Shown here piece by piece: positions 9,201 to 19,254 of a DNA stretch of 64,000 bases; the first letter of the stretch is position 1; every line of letters begins with the position of its first letter. The stretch covers positions 46,228 to 110,227 of the IMG/VR virus record IMGVR_UViG_3300031949_000008; one strand, given 5' to 3'. The stretch is from a virus. Under the pieces are notes generated by a model. The model was not told the origin of the DNA. It saw nothing but the letters and a program-made list of their open reading frames with translations, and made no database searches. The position numbers and the translations under genes are program-made.

Positions 9201-12116
9201 TGTATCACCAGGAAGTGGTGTTTTACCATCTTCTGTGGTAATAAATTGGAATTTATCAATCTTATCAGATATATTTGTTTTTACAACAATACCGCCATTA
9301 TCATCTTTTATAAGTGTAGCTAGTTTTTCTTCACCACCAAGTTTAACTCCAGCTCGTTTCTTCTCATTCGCTATATTATGTCGTCGTTGAGCAATTTCTC
9401 TAATAACCTTATTTCGTTCATTTTGAATAGTGTTTAAATCTAATCTATCAACATTACCAATTGCTACTAATGGTTTTAATTCCTCAATTTTCTTATCAAC
9501 TCTTGCCAATCTTGAATTTAATTTGGTAAGTTCAGGATCACTCATAGGATCTTGTGAGATAGTTTTATTAAATGTCTGTGCAGCCTTGGTTTCGCCTTTA
9601 TCAATAGTTTCTCCAAGTTTAGTAATTTCACCAATATGTTCAGCTATATATTTCTTATGTGAATCAACCATTTGCTGCATATCAGCCTTAGTTAACTTTT
9701 GAAATATTGAAGAATCAGGATCAATTTCCATCCATAAAGCTGCTGATCTAACTTCTGCTGGTGTGAATCCAGGACTTGTTGGCTTTATATTCTCTTTGAT
9801 AGGTGCTGCTTCTTCTGGCGATGCACCAAGAATAGTAGCTAATGTCTTATCTTCTGCTGTAAAAATAAGTAACTTACCAGTAGGTGTAAGAGTAGCTTTC
9901 TGAGGAGTTATATTCTTATCAACAATCTTTTTTAAATCTTCATCTGAAAGTGTAGCTAAATCTAATCTTCGTCTTGGCCATAACTTCTCCGCCTTATCTA
10001 TGAGTGCTGCATGCTCAGGTGAAGTGATATTTGTCTCTTCAGGAGCTTTCATTATTTCTTCTAATTGTTTTGCAGTAGTCTTCTTCCTACTTACTGCCTT
10101 TTCAGGAACTGAAGGTTTCACTTCTGAAATAATTTCTTTAGGAGGTAATTTTTCTAACTCAGCTTTAATCCAATCTAACTTTATATTGAGATCATCAGGT
10201 GTTATACCTTTCTTATCAACAGTTAGATAAGTTTCAATATCTTTTGCAATAAGAGTTTTATCTCCAAGTAATTCAGCAATCTTTGTTTTTATTTCTTTTC
10301 GTTTGGTTGTATCTTTTTCTTTCTTATAATCTAACCATAAATTCTTTGCTTCTTCACGTTTAACAGATGCTTGCGCTTTAACTGGTTTAATTGGTCCTAC
10401 TTGTTTAGCTTTTACTTCAGCTTCTAATACATGGGTCGCCAACGATTTACCTTTAGGCAATAATGGAAGATTAATAGTTTCAAAGAATGTTGTAGCTTGA
10501 GTAGGAATAGTAATTCCACGTTCCTGCAATAATTTAGCAGTCTTCTTTGCCTCAGCTATACCAACCTGAAATTTAAATCTTAATTGACTAACTAATGTCT
10601 TATCAAGAGGTTTAGTCATATCAACTTTAGGTTTGCCTATTTTCTCTTCTAAAATAGATACCTTGGCTTCACTTATGGCAATGTTCTTCTCAATCTCTTC
10701 TATTTTAGCTGGTTTTGTTAATTCAGTAACAGTCTTCACTGTGGCTTTCTTAGTCAAGATATCAATCATAGCATCTCGATCTAAAGTACCAGGATCTAAA
10801 CCAGTTTCTCTAAATTTAGTCTTAATTTCATCAGTTGTTATACCCTGGAAAGGTTCCATCAATTTTTCAACATCAACACGACCAGGAAGTAATTTAGTTT
10901 TTAAATGTTCTACAATTGCAGCAGTTTTAACTGGATCAGCAGCTAAATCTTCTACTGTAGCTCCGCCTTTAGTAACAGGTTGTTCAATAACTGGTTCTTT
11001 TACAATATCAGTTAATGTCATAGCACCAGAAATTGGATCTATTTTAACTGTCTTAGAATTATGTGCTGGATCATTGGTAATGGCTATTTTAACTTCAATA
11101 GACATAGCGCCTATATCTTTATCAGTAAATCCACGACTTGTTAATATCTTATTATAGATAAGTGTTTCAGGATCAATAATAGTGCGTATCTGTAAAGGAA
11201 GTCCTAATTGACCAGTGGTTTCACCTACTGTAGTACCAGGAACTTCAATAGCTCTCTTCTCTTGTAAAGGAAGATTTAACTGATCTAGTGTTGGAATAGT
11301 TGTAGCGGCCACAGGTTCTGGAGGAGTATATTTCTCTTTATTTCTTACTACCTCTCTTGCTCGTTTAATAGATGCAATAGACTTAATTGCTTCATTTGAA
11401 TATCCTAATTTATGTAATTGATTTGATAAGTTATGTGGTAGTCGTGGTCCAATTGCACGCATACCAGCCATAGTCAAACCAGTAATAGCCAATTCTTCAG
11501 GTCTAGTTTCACCTGCCAATGCTTGAACACCAGCAGCTCCACCACCTAATAAAGCCATACCTGCTTTACGAGGTAACCGACCGGCTCCTGCAAATAAACC
11601 ACCTGTTACAGCTCCAGCTAATCCAGCTTTTGCAATATCTCCTGGAGGTGCACCTTGGCCCCATGCAGTCGCAGCTTCTATACCACCAATCACCGGAATC
11701 GCAGCTAAAGCCGCAGCTCCACCTGTTAGACCTGTTAAAGCAAGAGGAATACCATATTTTGGTAATCCAATAAGCAAACCACCAAATACTTGACCAAATT
11801 TTGCTGCTAATGTATCAGGATTTTGAAAATCTTGAGGTTCAACTGCTTCAGCAAGACGAGCAAATATATCAGTTCTAACAGGATTAACACCTTGTCTAAT
11901 TGCAGCATTATTAAGAGCATCAGTAACTTTATTCAATACTCTTGGTAAATCTGCAAGTCCTGATCTAACTTCATTAATTGCAGCACTAGATAAATCCTTG
12001 AAAAATCCACCTGTTTCTTGTTGAGGAATATAAGCTTCTAAACCAACTGGAGGTGTACCTTGCGGTAATTGTAACTTAGATTGTAAATCCTGTGCAAGAT
12101 CAATTGTCTCTGCCAT
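6243..12116 (-). CDS. Large internal virion / DNA-ejection protein
   Basis: 1957 aa; Gly/Ala-rich hydrophobic N-terminal region, long charged helical body; last of three large ORFs after the nozzle, as in podoviruses. Confidence 0.65.
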   Translation of the reverse strand: MAETIDLAQDLQSKLQLPQGTPPVGLEAYIPQQETGGFFKDLSSAAINEVRSGLADLPRVLNKVTDALNNAAIRQGVNPVRTDIFARLAEAVEPQDFQNPDTLAAKFGQVFGGLLIGLPKYGIPLALTGLTGGAAALAAIPVIGGIEAATAWGQGAPPGDIAKAGLAGAVTGGLFAGAGRLPRKAGMALLGGGAAGVQALAGETRPEELAITGLTMAGMRAIGPRLPHNLSNQLHKLGYSNEAIKSIASIKRAREVVRNKEKYTPPEPVAATTIPTLDQLNLPLQEKRAIEVPGTTVGETTGQLGLPLQIRTIIDPETLIYNKILTSRGFTDKDIGAMSIEVKIAITNDPAHNSKTVKIDPISGAMTLTDIVKEPVIEQPVTKGGATVEDLAADPVKTAAIVEHLKTKLLPGRVDVEKLMEPFQGITTDEIKTKFRETGLDPGTLDRDAMIDILTKKATVKTVTELTKPAKIEEIEKNIAISEAKVSILEEKIGKPKVDMTKPLDKTLVSQLRFKFQVGIAEAKKTAKLLQERGITIPTQATTFFETINLPLLPKGKSLATHVLEAEVKAKQVGPIKPVKAQASVKREEAKNLWLDYKKEKDTTKRKEIKTKIAELLGDKTLIAKDIETYLTVDKKGITPDDLNIKLDWIKAELEKLPPKEIISEVKPSVPEKAVSRKKTTAKQLEEIMKAPEETNITSPEHAALIDKAEKLWPRRRLDLATLSDEDLKKIVDKNITPQKATLTPTGKLLIFTAEDKTLATILGASPEEAAPIKENIKPTSPGFTPAEVRSAALWMEIDPDSSIFQKLTKADMQQMVDSHKKYIAEHIGEITKLGETIDKGETKAAQTFNKTISQDPMSDPELTKLNSRLARVDKKIEELKPLVAIGNVDRLDLNTIQNERNKVIREIAQRRHNIANEKKRAGVKLGGEEKLATLIKDDNGGIVVKTNISDKIDKFQFITTEDGKTPLPGDTNLKVVAEVIITDKHLNKPVRSILPETLSIPQSEFFKEQFSKTIETYYANQGKGISDGIKLRSGIDIDLLKEMGQRLRAKTVAIYQTFAARKGANKSISRENVSSAMKDIMDADTLKLKEREITAMHAEQMEQELGRISKITKTNEIKQVETQAKITQAVAQTDPNAAAAIAKGEVPMVKPTDILGQSMANANPDIVKLQELTIKTEMVKRYLKEKLVYGEDSRLNKIFAKINAQPNAKALREALGNEFIAETKGYSKARINASNNPLIIEAKQEIVKFLDTFGDMHDLRERGFFINKYFPLIADMENTYKKIRGMWSNIENNRPYNKDTNSKGIPDRYIVAGKSMLEDAEFNEIKSIIRKDSWNNLSSYEKNRIRYDVLQHEGIYDEWAFLPSDVQERTSKKTFNQHLQARTGGDILLFKYDAQEVLRQYIYTMINKEADALMKHEAAPIMNAYPRGDIPRSVRWYMERQVKQALGTRTVGARWLSQETERLNGLIGKDVINPNFPTWMAGKISGQVARGALGPDTAIRNIMQSVQTLVNEGPGAFAKGLHSMITDKEFKGFFKKGSTEDRRMFDILLGAEEYYEGEPVAKTLKGRWGKAEGSLAKTGAFYNWVADMALTPMRATEHFNKFLAFQSALSEAGEKGLSFEKGVRLGLLRAMEGVPDLVIPDAYWNAFKHTIQSQYGYSKVMRNPLTRGPLAKISTIFWSYPANTVQFIARGLTDGLKSGDIAKTTRFALYMGFQLTIATALAQLGLDVGSIFGVGLMPVKLFSVPWDLMKGTYNMTFGQTEQDRSKGSDDVINAAGILSVPQFRYGKKVLKTFTDLERGYKVAGKRELEVMETSPLIAMMDLMGMPFVGPRHVYDLTQQMRDQADEYQKEKQDLVLKGIKALDKGSMEDVRKMFQSAKDHNVVITYSELYKYHRIHKTKTYLESQIERLPKHLRAPMQKRVDELNQFLMPNKFGKIETIAERSMWSAAPQTESESE

Positions 12117-12125
12117 ATTAATTCC

Positions 12126-14063
12126 TTATTTTATAATAGGTAATGGAACTTTCCGCTGAGTTAAAATTTCTGCTACTGTTTGCCATACTAATTCTGGATT
12201 ACCTGAATTAGATGCTGTAGCAATTCTATAACGTTCATCTTGTGTCAAAAATGGTTGTTTTTTACTCTGTAAAAATGTATTTACACTATCAAATACAGGT
12301 TTATTTTTATGTAATATAACTGTATCTATACTTGACCTAACAGCAGGATCATCTGTCCATGCTTTTAAAGTATCATATGTTTTTGCCACATTAGGTGGGG
12401 CCATTTTAGCAGAAGTACTAAAAGGTTCTGGTAAATTGGCTGCAGTTGCGTCATCTGTAAATAATATCTCTAATGGAGAGTGTTTATATTTATCAGAAAA
12501 TATTTTTTCTTTAATTGGATTACCAACTGCTGCTTTAGCTTCTTGTTTAATCTTCTCAGCGACTTTAACTTCAACTGGTGCATGTGGAGTTGGTGTTTTT
12601 GTTTCCAAACCCAATGCTGTACGCATTGTATCATTTTTAAAGAAATTTGCAGTGTCTTTATCTGTAAATATCTTATCAAATGACTTTAATCCAGGATCTC
12701 TTTCTATTAATGCTAATGCTTTTGCTTGAGCAGTATTCACATTTGTCATTGCTTGATATGCTTGTATATTTTTAGTTATAGCTTTTGCTCTTGCTATATC
12801 AGGTGGAGTCTGTGACATAGTACTTTGTAACTGTGTCCCCATATAATCTAAATATTCTTTACTCCCACCACGAGATATAAAACGTGCGCGATCTCTAGGC
12901 ATTCCAGTATCTACTAAACCTTGTTCTGCTATATTCCAAAGAGCTTTCTGTTGGGTTTCCATTCGTTCTTCTGGAGTCTGATATAATTTTAATTGTCCAG
13001 TAGTTGGATCATACCCTTGTCGAATAATCTTAGCAGCTTCTTCAGATGGAACACCAAGATTTGATGCTACAGCCTTAATAAAAGGAAGGCTATTCATTAA
13101 CTCTGGTTTTGATTTGGCAGCCACTTCTAAGAATTTTGCTTGTCTTTCTCTATCTGCTTCTTCTTTCTGTATTGTTTGTTGCAAGCCAAGAAGTTTAAGA
13201 TTCGCTACTTGAGCTGCTCGTTGAACAATAAAATTACGTTTCTGAGTTGCTTTAGCTTCTATATCTGCTTCTTCTGTACGTATAACATCATAAGGTTCTT
13301 TTCCAGCAGATCGCTTTAAAGCCAATAATCGTCCAGCCTCACCTAACCATTCCAGCATATTACCAGGTTTTTTATATTCTGGTTTAGGCAAATCTTCCCA
13401 TTTAGGAATTACTTCATCCATAATCTGTTTAAGACTTTCCATAAAATCCGTCTTAGGTTTCCACGGCGTTATACCTGCAGCAATATCTTCTTCTGTTGGT
13501 ATTTCAGCTGGAGGAGGTACAACCGTAGGTGGTGTAACTTCTTCTGGTATAGGTACAAATTCTGGAGTTTCTAGTTTAGGAATTGTACTATACTGTGGCC
13601 CTCCAACTTGTTGTCCACTTTCAGGTATAGAAGGTGTTTGTCTTGTTGCTTTACTTACTGGTGCTGGCGAAATTGGCTCATTGCCTTCATCTACATTAAA
13701 TACTGCTGTTGATGGTTTAGTTTTACCAGTTTTACTTATAGAAATACCTTCTGGAGTTAAAGAAAGACGTGAAAGAAAATCTTCTATACTACCTTTAACA
13801 TATTGAGATGCTCGTACTGGAGCAAATAATGTTTTTTCAATCCCTTCTTGTAGTGCTTGTGCCGAAGGGCTGGGGCCGATAACTGTACTTTCTGGAGTTT
13901 GTTTTATAGATATTGGAGAAAGTGATTTTAGAAAATTCATTAAAACTGATTGACTCTCTCCAGATGCTATCTGTGGTTCTGTTGTTAAATCTGGAACACT
14001 TCCAGGAAACATCATTTGTTGGTAATACTCCAAGATTCTTGGATTAATGCTATTTATATCCAT
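12126..14063 (-). CDS. Internal virion / ejection protein
   Basis: 645 aa, Pro-rich then helical; position in the ejectosome cluster. Confidence 0.5.
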   Translation of the reverse strand: MDINSINPRILEYYQQMMFPGSVPDLTTEPQIASGESQSVLMNFLKSLSPISIKQTPESTVIGPSPSAQALQEGIEKTLFAPVRASQYVKGSIEDFLSRLSLTPEGISISKTGKTKPSTAVFNVDEGNEPISPAPVSKATRQTPSIPESGQQVGGPQYSTIPKLETPEFVPIPEEVTPPTVVPPPAEIPTEEDIAAGITPWKPKTDFMESLKQIMDEVIPKWEDLPKPEYKKPGNMLEWLGEAGRLLALKRSAGKEPYDVIRTEEADIEAKATQKRNFIVQRAAQVANLKLLGLQQTIQKEEADRERQAKFLEVAAKSKPELMNSLPFIKAVASNLGVPSEEAAKIIRQGYDPTTGQLKLYQTPEERMETQQKALWNIAEQGLVDTGMPRDRARFISRGGSKEYLDYMGTQLQSTMSQTPPDIARAKAITKNIQAYQAMTNVNTAQAKALALIERDPGLKSFDKIFTDKDTANFFKNDTMRTALGLETKTPTPHAPVEVKVAEKIKQEAKAAVGNPIKEKIFSDKYKHSPLEILFTDDATAANLPEPFSTSAKMAPPNVAKTYDTLKAWTDDPAVRSSIDTVILHKNKPVFDSVNTFLQSKKQPFLTQDERYRIATASNSGNPELVWQTVAEILTQRKVPLPIIK

Positions 14064-14074
14064 ATTATCCCTCT

Positions 14075-15022
14075 TTATGCTGTTTTAACTCCACCTAATG
14101 CTGCTAACACTCCACCTAACTGACTCAAAAGTGACTGATCAGTTGATGCTTTATTAAATCCACCTGTACCACGTTCTACTGCTTGTAGAATATTTGCTAA
14201 ATTAGCAATATTTCCTTGTGTATAAGTCTGTGGATAATTTGCCATTCCTAGTGCACTAGATAATTGATTAGGCATAGCTATATTAGATGCTTGTTGTGCT
14301 TGTGCTTTAGCTTGTTGTAATGCTGTAGCTAATTGTGTCATATAATCATTTTCTTGAGAAACCTGTGAAATCATATTCTGAACCACAGGGCCTTTAGAAT
14401 ATGCATTAGGAGCCACTCTACCTAATTTAGATGATAAGGCAGCTTCTCGTGCAGCCTGTGTCTGTGGTATCATATTTTCTGCATTCTGCCAAGTCTGTGC
14501 TGGAAATACATTTAAAAGTGATCCTAAATCCATTTGATTATATAATGATTGAGCTTGTGGTGTCATGGTAAGTGGTTGCTGTTGTGCAAGATTAAATACA
14601 CTTTGTCCAGCTGGAGATGCGATAGGTGTTCTATTAATATCCATAGTCTGTGTTGGCGTTCCACCAGCTATTGATGCAGCTGCTCCTCCTAATCCAAGTA
14701 AACCTTTACCTGTGGATGAAGATAAAAAGTTCAACAATCCAGAACCTAATGATCCAAGTGTACTACCAATTCCACTAAGAAATGATCCACCAGTAGATGG
14801 AGAACTTGGAGATATCCAATTTCCTGCATCATCGCGCATATATCCTAAAGCTTCTGGATCAAACTGACTTACCCAGTCTTGGGCTGACTGAGTAGAATTA
14901 TAAGGAGATGAATATGAGTCATTCATCCAACTCGTATCACTCAAAAATGAATTGAGATCAAAGCCTCCCATTCCACTTAAATCTCCACCAAAATCATATC
15001 CTGAGAAATCCCAATCTTCCAT
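14075..15022 (-). CDS. Internal virion / ejection (pilot) protein
   Basis: Gly/Ser/Gln-rich, amphipathic GG..LG repeats typical of ejection proteins. Confidence 0.55.
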   Translation of the reverse strand: MEDWDFSGYDFGGDLSGMGGFDLNSFLSDTSWMNDSYSSPYNSTQSAQDWVSQFDPEALGYMRDDAGNWISPSSPSTGGSFLSGIGSTLGSLGSGLLNFLSSSTGKGLLGLGGAAASIAGGTPTQTMDINRTPIASPAGQSVFNLAQQQPLTMTPQAQSLYNQMDLGSLLNVFPAQTWQNAENMIPQTQAAREAALSSKLGRVAPNAYSKGPVVQNMISQVSQENDYMTQLATALQQAKAQAQQASNIAMPNQLSSALGMANYPQTYTQGNIANLANILQAVERGTGGFNKASTDQSLLSQLGGVLAALGGVKTA

Positions 15023-15038
15023 ATTATTCTAGCTCCTT

Positions 15039-15584
15039 TTAGAAATGTATCCGAAATATTGTTAAATTGATATGTTGTATAGTAATATCATTAGTATTTG
15101 TTAAATTTTGTACTTGTAATTTTATTGTATCATCATAACGTATTTCAAATGTACTATTACCAGATACATTGAATACTTGATTTACTGCTAATACAGGGGC
15201 TACTAGATGCATTGTTGCAGTTGTCTGCCATACATTATTAATAGCAATAGCAAATTCAAAATCTTGTGTTCCAACAGATACTGGATCAAATGCTATTGAA
15301 TATAATATAATAGTATGACCTGTTATTAAACTTCTAAATTCTTTTGTATTTTCAAATATAAAACCACTTTCATGATCAGCAGTATAACCATCAATATCTA
15401 CAGGTGTTGCTGTAGCAGCAATACTTATTAACTGATTAAGATTATTAGCATACGCATGAGCATGTGGTGTCTGTTCTAAATCATTTATATGTTGTTCCAG
15501 TAAACGAATTCGCTCAGATAATGCAATTGCATTTTTCTGTGTCCATTTATCATCTAAAAGTAATGTTCCTCTACTAATTCCCAT
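15039..15584 (-). CDS. Putative tail-associated protein
   Basis: Coiled coil followed by a beta-sandwich (BclA/C1q-like) C-terminus. Confidence 0.4.
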   Translation of the reverse strand: MGISRGTLLLDDKWTQKNAIALSERIRLLEQHINDLEQTPHAHAYANNLNQLISIAATATPVDIDGYTADHESGFIFENTKEFRSLITGHTIILYSIAFDPVSVGTQDFEFAIAINNVWQTTATMHLVAPVLAVNQVFNVSGNSTFEIRYDDTIKLQVQNLTNTNDITIQHINLTIFRIHF

Positions 15585-15606
15585 TATAATACCTTATTAT
15601 ATTTGA

Positions 15607-17223
15607 TTAACTAACAAGTGTTCGTCCTTTAACAAGAAAATCTATTATTACTTTATGTATTGTCACAGTTGCATTTAATTGATTTATAGCTAATTTAAAT
15701 TTAAAAGAACGTAATGGTAATGTAAAATCTAATCTCTTTTCTGCAATATCTTTATTGTTGGCTAGAGATGAAAATGTTTTTGTCACTACTGAACTAATAT
15801 CATTCCAATCTGAATAACCTGTAAATGTTAATGTATAATCCTCTATACCTGTAGAATCAACAAATACAGAGACTCTTAATATTCGTTTATTTATATCCGG
15901 ATATCCAAAATCAATCCAAGGACTTATCCAATAGGAATTTAATGCAATACCTAAGTCATTTTCTGAGACACCAAATCGTTGTATAAATCCATCATATGAT
16001 CCCATAGCCATAAATGTATCATGGGCGCCACCAGCATCTCCAATTTTTAAAGAATAGGTTTCATATGCATTTGGAAAATCTATATGCATTAACGCTCCAC
16101 CATATAAAATATTAGATAAAGAAGCGATAGAAATTTCCCATTTACTCCAATTTTTAATGACTGGATCATAAATATATATCTTATTTTTTCGTTCAGAAGA
16201 ACCATCTGCAATATTAAAAAATATTTGACCTTTTTCACCAAAATTATCAGCTTCAAATGCATATGAAGGCTCTAAATTAAATCTATTTGCGCTTCTTTCT
16301 ATTTTATCTGTAATTGAGGAAGGTGGATTTACACCATTAAACATATAAAATCCATCATCAGAGATAAAATATAAAAGTCCTCCATCTTCACATATTGCAT
16401 TGGGGCCAACACAACCAATACCACTATCAATTCTTTCCCAATCAAAAATAGATACTCCACCTACATATTTTATAATATAGGTTCTATAACGTTTAAATAC
16501 AACTAACATATCTTTAAATAACCACATAGCAGTAATAGTATCACCATCTTCATTATCTAAATCAATGAAGTTAGCAGATGGCCATACATTAGGATTAAGT
16601 CCATCATTCCATACAATACGATATCTATATCTTGTTCCACTAACAAGAATATTACCTGCAAATAAATAAGAACCCCAAGAGGCAATAACTTTTGCACCAG
16701 ATGGTGCTCCAGTATCTAACAATGGAGCAATATAATTACTACCTGTATATACGGCCAGAGGTAAATCACTACCATAAGTCATAATAGCTGATCCAGCATA
16801 TGCAGCGATATCTATCATATCATTAAGCCCAGGACTCCACGCTGCTAGAGCTGATCCAGATGCTGATACGGCTGTAAATATAGCCGAACCACCAGATACA
16901 GTGACAGATGCAATTGAAGCAGATGCAGCACCAGATACACAAGAAAAAGCTAAAGTAAATTCAGATGAGGAGGGATTTTGCCATTGATACATTCTAGTAA
17001 TTGCTGAATTTTTCCAGGTAGATAGGTGTAATACTTCTCGTCCCTGTATCTTATTTAATGCATGTCGTGTATAAAAATCCATAGCATTGATATCAGAAGC
17101 AGGACAATCAGATAGTCTTATTTCCTGTTTAGTTATACCTTCTTTAGGAGATGCTAAACCCATACGAGTTACAACATCTTCATCTATTAAACCTTGAGAA
17201 AATCCTTCAATTATTAGTCTCAT
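15607..17223 (-). CDS. Tail nozzle / tail tubular protein B (P22 gp10-like beta-propeller)
   Basis: 538 aa; GDTITAM...LVVFK...IGCVGPNAI...LYFISDDGFY and SPWIDFGYPDINKRI patterns. Confidence 0.7.
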   Translation of the reverse strand: MRLIIEGFSQGLIDEDVVTRMGLASPKEGITKQEIRLSDCPASDINAMDFYTRHALNKIQGREVLHLSTWKNSAITRMYQWQNPSSSEFTLAFSCVSGAASASIASVTVSGGSAIFTAVSASGSALAAWSPGLNDMIDIAAYAGSAIMTYGSDLPLAVYTGSNYIAPLLDTGAPSGAKVIASWGSYLFAGNILVSGTRYRYRIVWNDGLNPNVWPSANFIDLDNEDGDTITAMWLFKDMLVVFKRYRTYIIKYVGGVSIFDWERIDSGIGCVGPNAICEDGGLLYFISDDGFYMFNGVNPPSSITDKIERSANRFNLEPSYAFEADNFGEKGQIFFNIADGSSERKNKIYIYDPVIKNWSKWEISIASLSNILYGGALMHIDFPNAYETYSLKIGDAGGAHDTFMAMGSYDGFIQRFGVSENDLGIALNSYWISPWIDFGYPDINKRILRVSVFVDSTGIEDYTLTFTGYSDWNDISSVVTKTFSSLANNKDIAEKRLDFTLPLRSFKFKLAINQLNATVTIHKVIIDFLVKGRTLVS

Positions 17224-17224
17224 A

Positions 17225-19246
17225 TTAAAATAAGTCTACTGGCAATCGATGCATTGCAAAATATGTAAATGCAGTATTACCAAATATATAATCGTTTTCT
17301 AATGTTTTAGTATATGCTATTTTTATTGTATCACCTGGAACAAGAAATAATATAGAAAATGTATTTACTGTTTGGTATGGAGATGTTACAGCTTCATGTA
17401 TGGGTCTATAAGTAGATTGATATAATATATTATTTTTATATACATGTAACCCCATAACAGGACGAGACGGAAACCATTGTAATGATAAATAACATTGACT
17501 TATATCAGCAGAACATCCAGCAGAGGCTAGAGTTGCACTATAGCCGAATCCTTGTATACCAGATACTGAAGCAGCAGTCCAAGCTAAGCCAGTAGATGGA
17601 TCAAGAGTCCAACGTTCATTATAATCTACGAAAGATGATGTCAACATAGTAGAAGTACCAAGATAATTAATATCACCTTTTCGTAATACAGTAGCTGGTA
17701 TTGTTTCAGCTTCTAAATAACATGTAGTATCACAGGTACAACCTGCTGATCCATATGTGGTATTATAACAAGTAACACAATCATATACATAACATGTAGC
17801 ATTACAAGAACAAGCTGCATATCCATAACAGACATTATAACAAGTACAAGATCCTTTAATATATACATAACATGTATTATTACAACTACAAGAGCTATCT
17901 CCATAACAGGCATTATTACAACTACAACTATATCCATAACATGCATTATTACATGTACAGTTTTCACCATAACATGTATTATTACATATACAACCACGCC
18001 TTCGACTTCTAAAATTTACAGTAACTACAAAAGGGCTAACTTCTGTATATAGTGTTCCTAATCCCCCTGAAAAAATATCTGTTGCACCGCATGTTTGTGT
18101 AGTATTAAAATCTGCATCATTTGCAGTTGGATAATCATCAATAGCTAAAAGATTACTTGCAGCACCAGAAACTGTCCATGTAACAATAGGAGCACCGGTC
18201 TGTAATTCTATTCTCCTAACCCCCATGTAGGTAGCATTTCCCCAATTGTCTGCAAACTTGAAGGCATAATAACGATAGGAGGTTGTATTTGTGACTTCAA
18301 TATATTTAGGATCAGAAGCATCAGCAACAGCATGCTGGTCAAAGGTAGATTGTGCTGTCGTTAGCTGTACCCATGTACCATCATTCGCATAAACTAAATC
18401 AGCAAAATCACCAGAGGCAGTTGATCCCCAAAAAGTAAAATTTTCAACTCCACGATCTGTCTGTGTTCCGACGTGGTGGAAATTTTCATAATAAATTCGT
18501 TTTATAATTTTTTCTGAACCAAGGTCTATATGAAATCTTTGATTAGTCACAACCCCACTTTGAGACATCCAAGAATTATTTTCATAAGTTCCAGTCAAAG
18601 ATTTTGCCGGATCTGTGGCAAAATAAGGCCAAGAATCTGTAGCATATTTAGTTGTGGCCTTAACATAGGTATCATTATGAGCGGGTGGATATTGAGATCC
18701 TTGTCCTGGAGGTATTCCTGTAGCTGATGTCACACTACTTGTAAGTTGTGTTCCAGATGCTACCATTGTAAGTTGTCCTATAAGTAAATAATATCCAGAT
18801 GCTAATGCTGTAAATATACCACTTGTATGATCATATTCATTTAAAGTATCATAATCCTCTGTATCAAAAACTAAAGTATTAGCAGATGCTCCTGCAGTTA
18901 CTATCACAGTATTTGTACAGGCTGCTTTAAATCTAGACCAATAATTCTGACTCAATCGTAGCCAATTACTACCACTATATTTAACTAATACACCTAATGT
19001 AGTATCAAATGCCAATGCTCCAGACATTGGACTAGTTAATGCAGCAATTTGAGTTGTTGTTCCCTCATATATTGCGCCAACAGAGCCAATCCTATGTTCA
19101 CCAGATAACCCAACACTACCAGATGCTGGACTATAATGTTCTATATTATATGCATCTTCGATAGCAGAAAAATTCTGTTGTAGGATATTGGGAATTTGTT
19201 TAATTTCATTTTCACTATTAGGGTATACCTTTTTCCATTGTCCCAT
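17225..19246 (-). CDS. Mosaic tail fibre/appendage protein (C1q-like domain, discoidin-like insert, CxCxxxCY repeat insert)
   Basis: N-terminus paralogous to 19255 and 19979 ORFs; FDTEDYDTLNEYDHTSGIFTALASGYY C1q-like signature; IDLGSEKII...YRYYAFKF F5/8C-like segment; Cys-rich block. Confidence 0.65.
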   Translation of the reverse strand: MGQWKKVYPNSENEIKQIPNILQQNFSAIEDAYNIEHYSPASGSVGLSGEHRIGSVGAIYEGTTTQIAALTSPMSGALAFDTTLGVLVKYSGSNWLRLSQNYWSRFKAACTNTVIVTAGASANTLVFDTEDYDTLNEYDHTSGIFTALASGYYLLIGQLTMVASGTQLTSSVTSATGIPPGQGSQYPPAHNDTYVKATTKYATDSWPYFATDPAKSLTGTYENNSWMSQSGVVTNQRFHIDLGSEKIIKRIYYENFHHVGTQTDRGVENFTFWGSTASGDFADLVYANDGTWVQLTTAQSTFDQHAVADASDPKYIEVTNTTSYRYYAFKFADNWGNATYMGVRRIELQTGAPIVTWTVSGAASNLLAIDDYPTANDADFNTTQTCGATDIFSGGLGTLYTEVSPFVVTVNFRSRRRGCICNNTCYGENCTCNNACYGYSCSCNNACYGDSSCSCNNTCYVYIKGSCTCYNVCYGYAACSCNATCYVYDCVTCYNTTYGSAGCTCDTTCYLEAETIPATVLRKGDINYLGTSTMLTSSFVDYNERWTLDPSTGLAWTAASVSGIQGFGYSATLASAGCSADISQCYLSLQWFPSRPVMGLHVYKNNILYQSTYRPIHEAVTSPYQTVNTFSILFLVPGDTIKIAYTKTLENDYIFGNTAFTYFAMHRLPVDLF
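17718..17992 (-). repeat. Eight tandem C-x-C-x-x-x-C-Y peptide repeats (one degenerate)
   Basis: CICNNTCY/CTCNNACY/CSCNNACY/CSCNNTCY/CTCYNVCY/CSCNATCY/CVTCYNTTY/CTCDTTCY; 23 Cys in about 92 aa. Confidence 0.95.
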
Positions 19247-19254
19247 AATAATTC

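Noticed and set aside
17718-17992. Diversity-generating retroelement variable/template repeat
   Set aside because: The repeats are short in-frame peptide units, not a ~100-bp adenine-variable pair, and there is no reverse transcriptase in the window
17713-17997. Alternative-frame 94-aa Val/Ile/Met-rich ORF
   Set aside because: It is a shadow of the TGT/TAT-rich Cys-Tyr repeat in another frame, with no evident RBS
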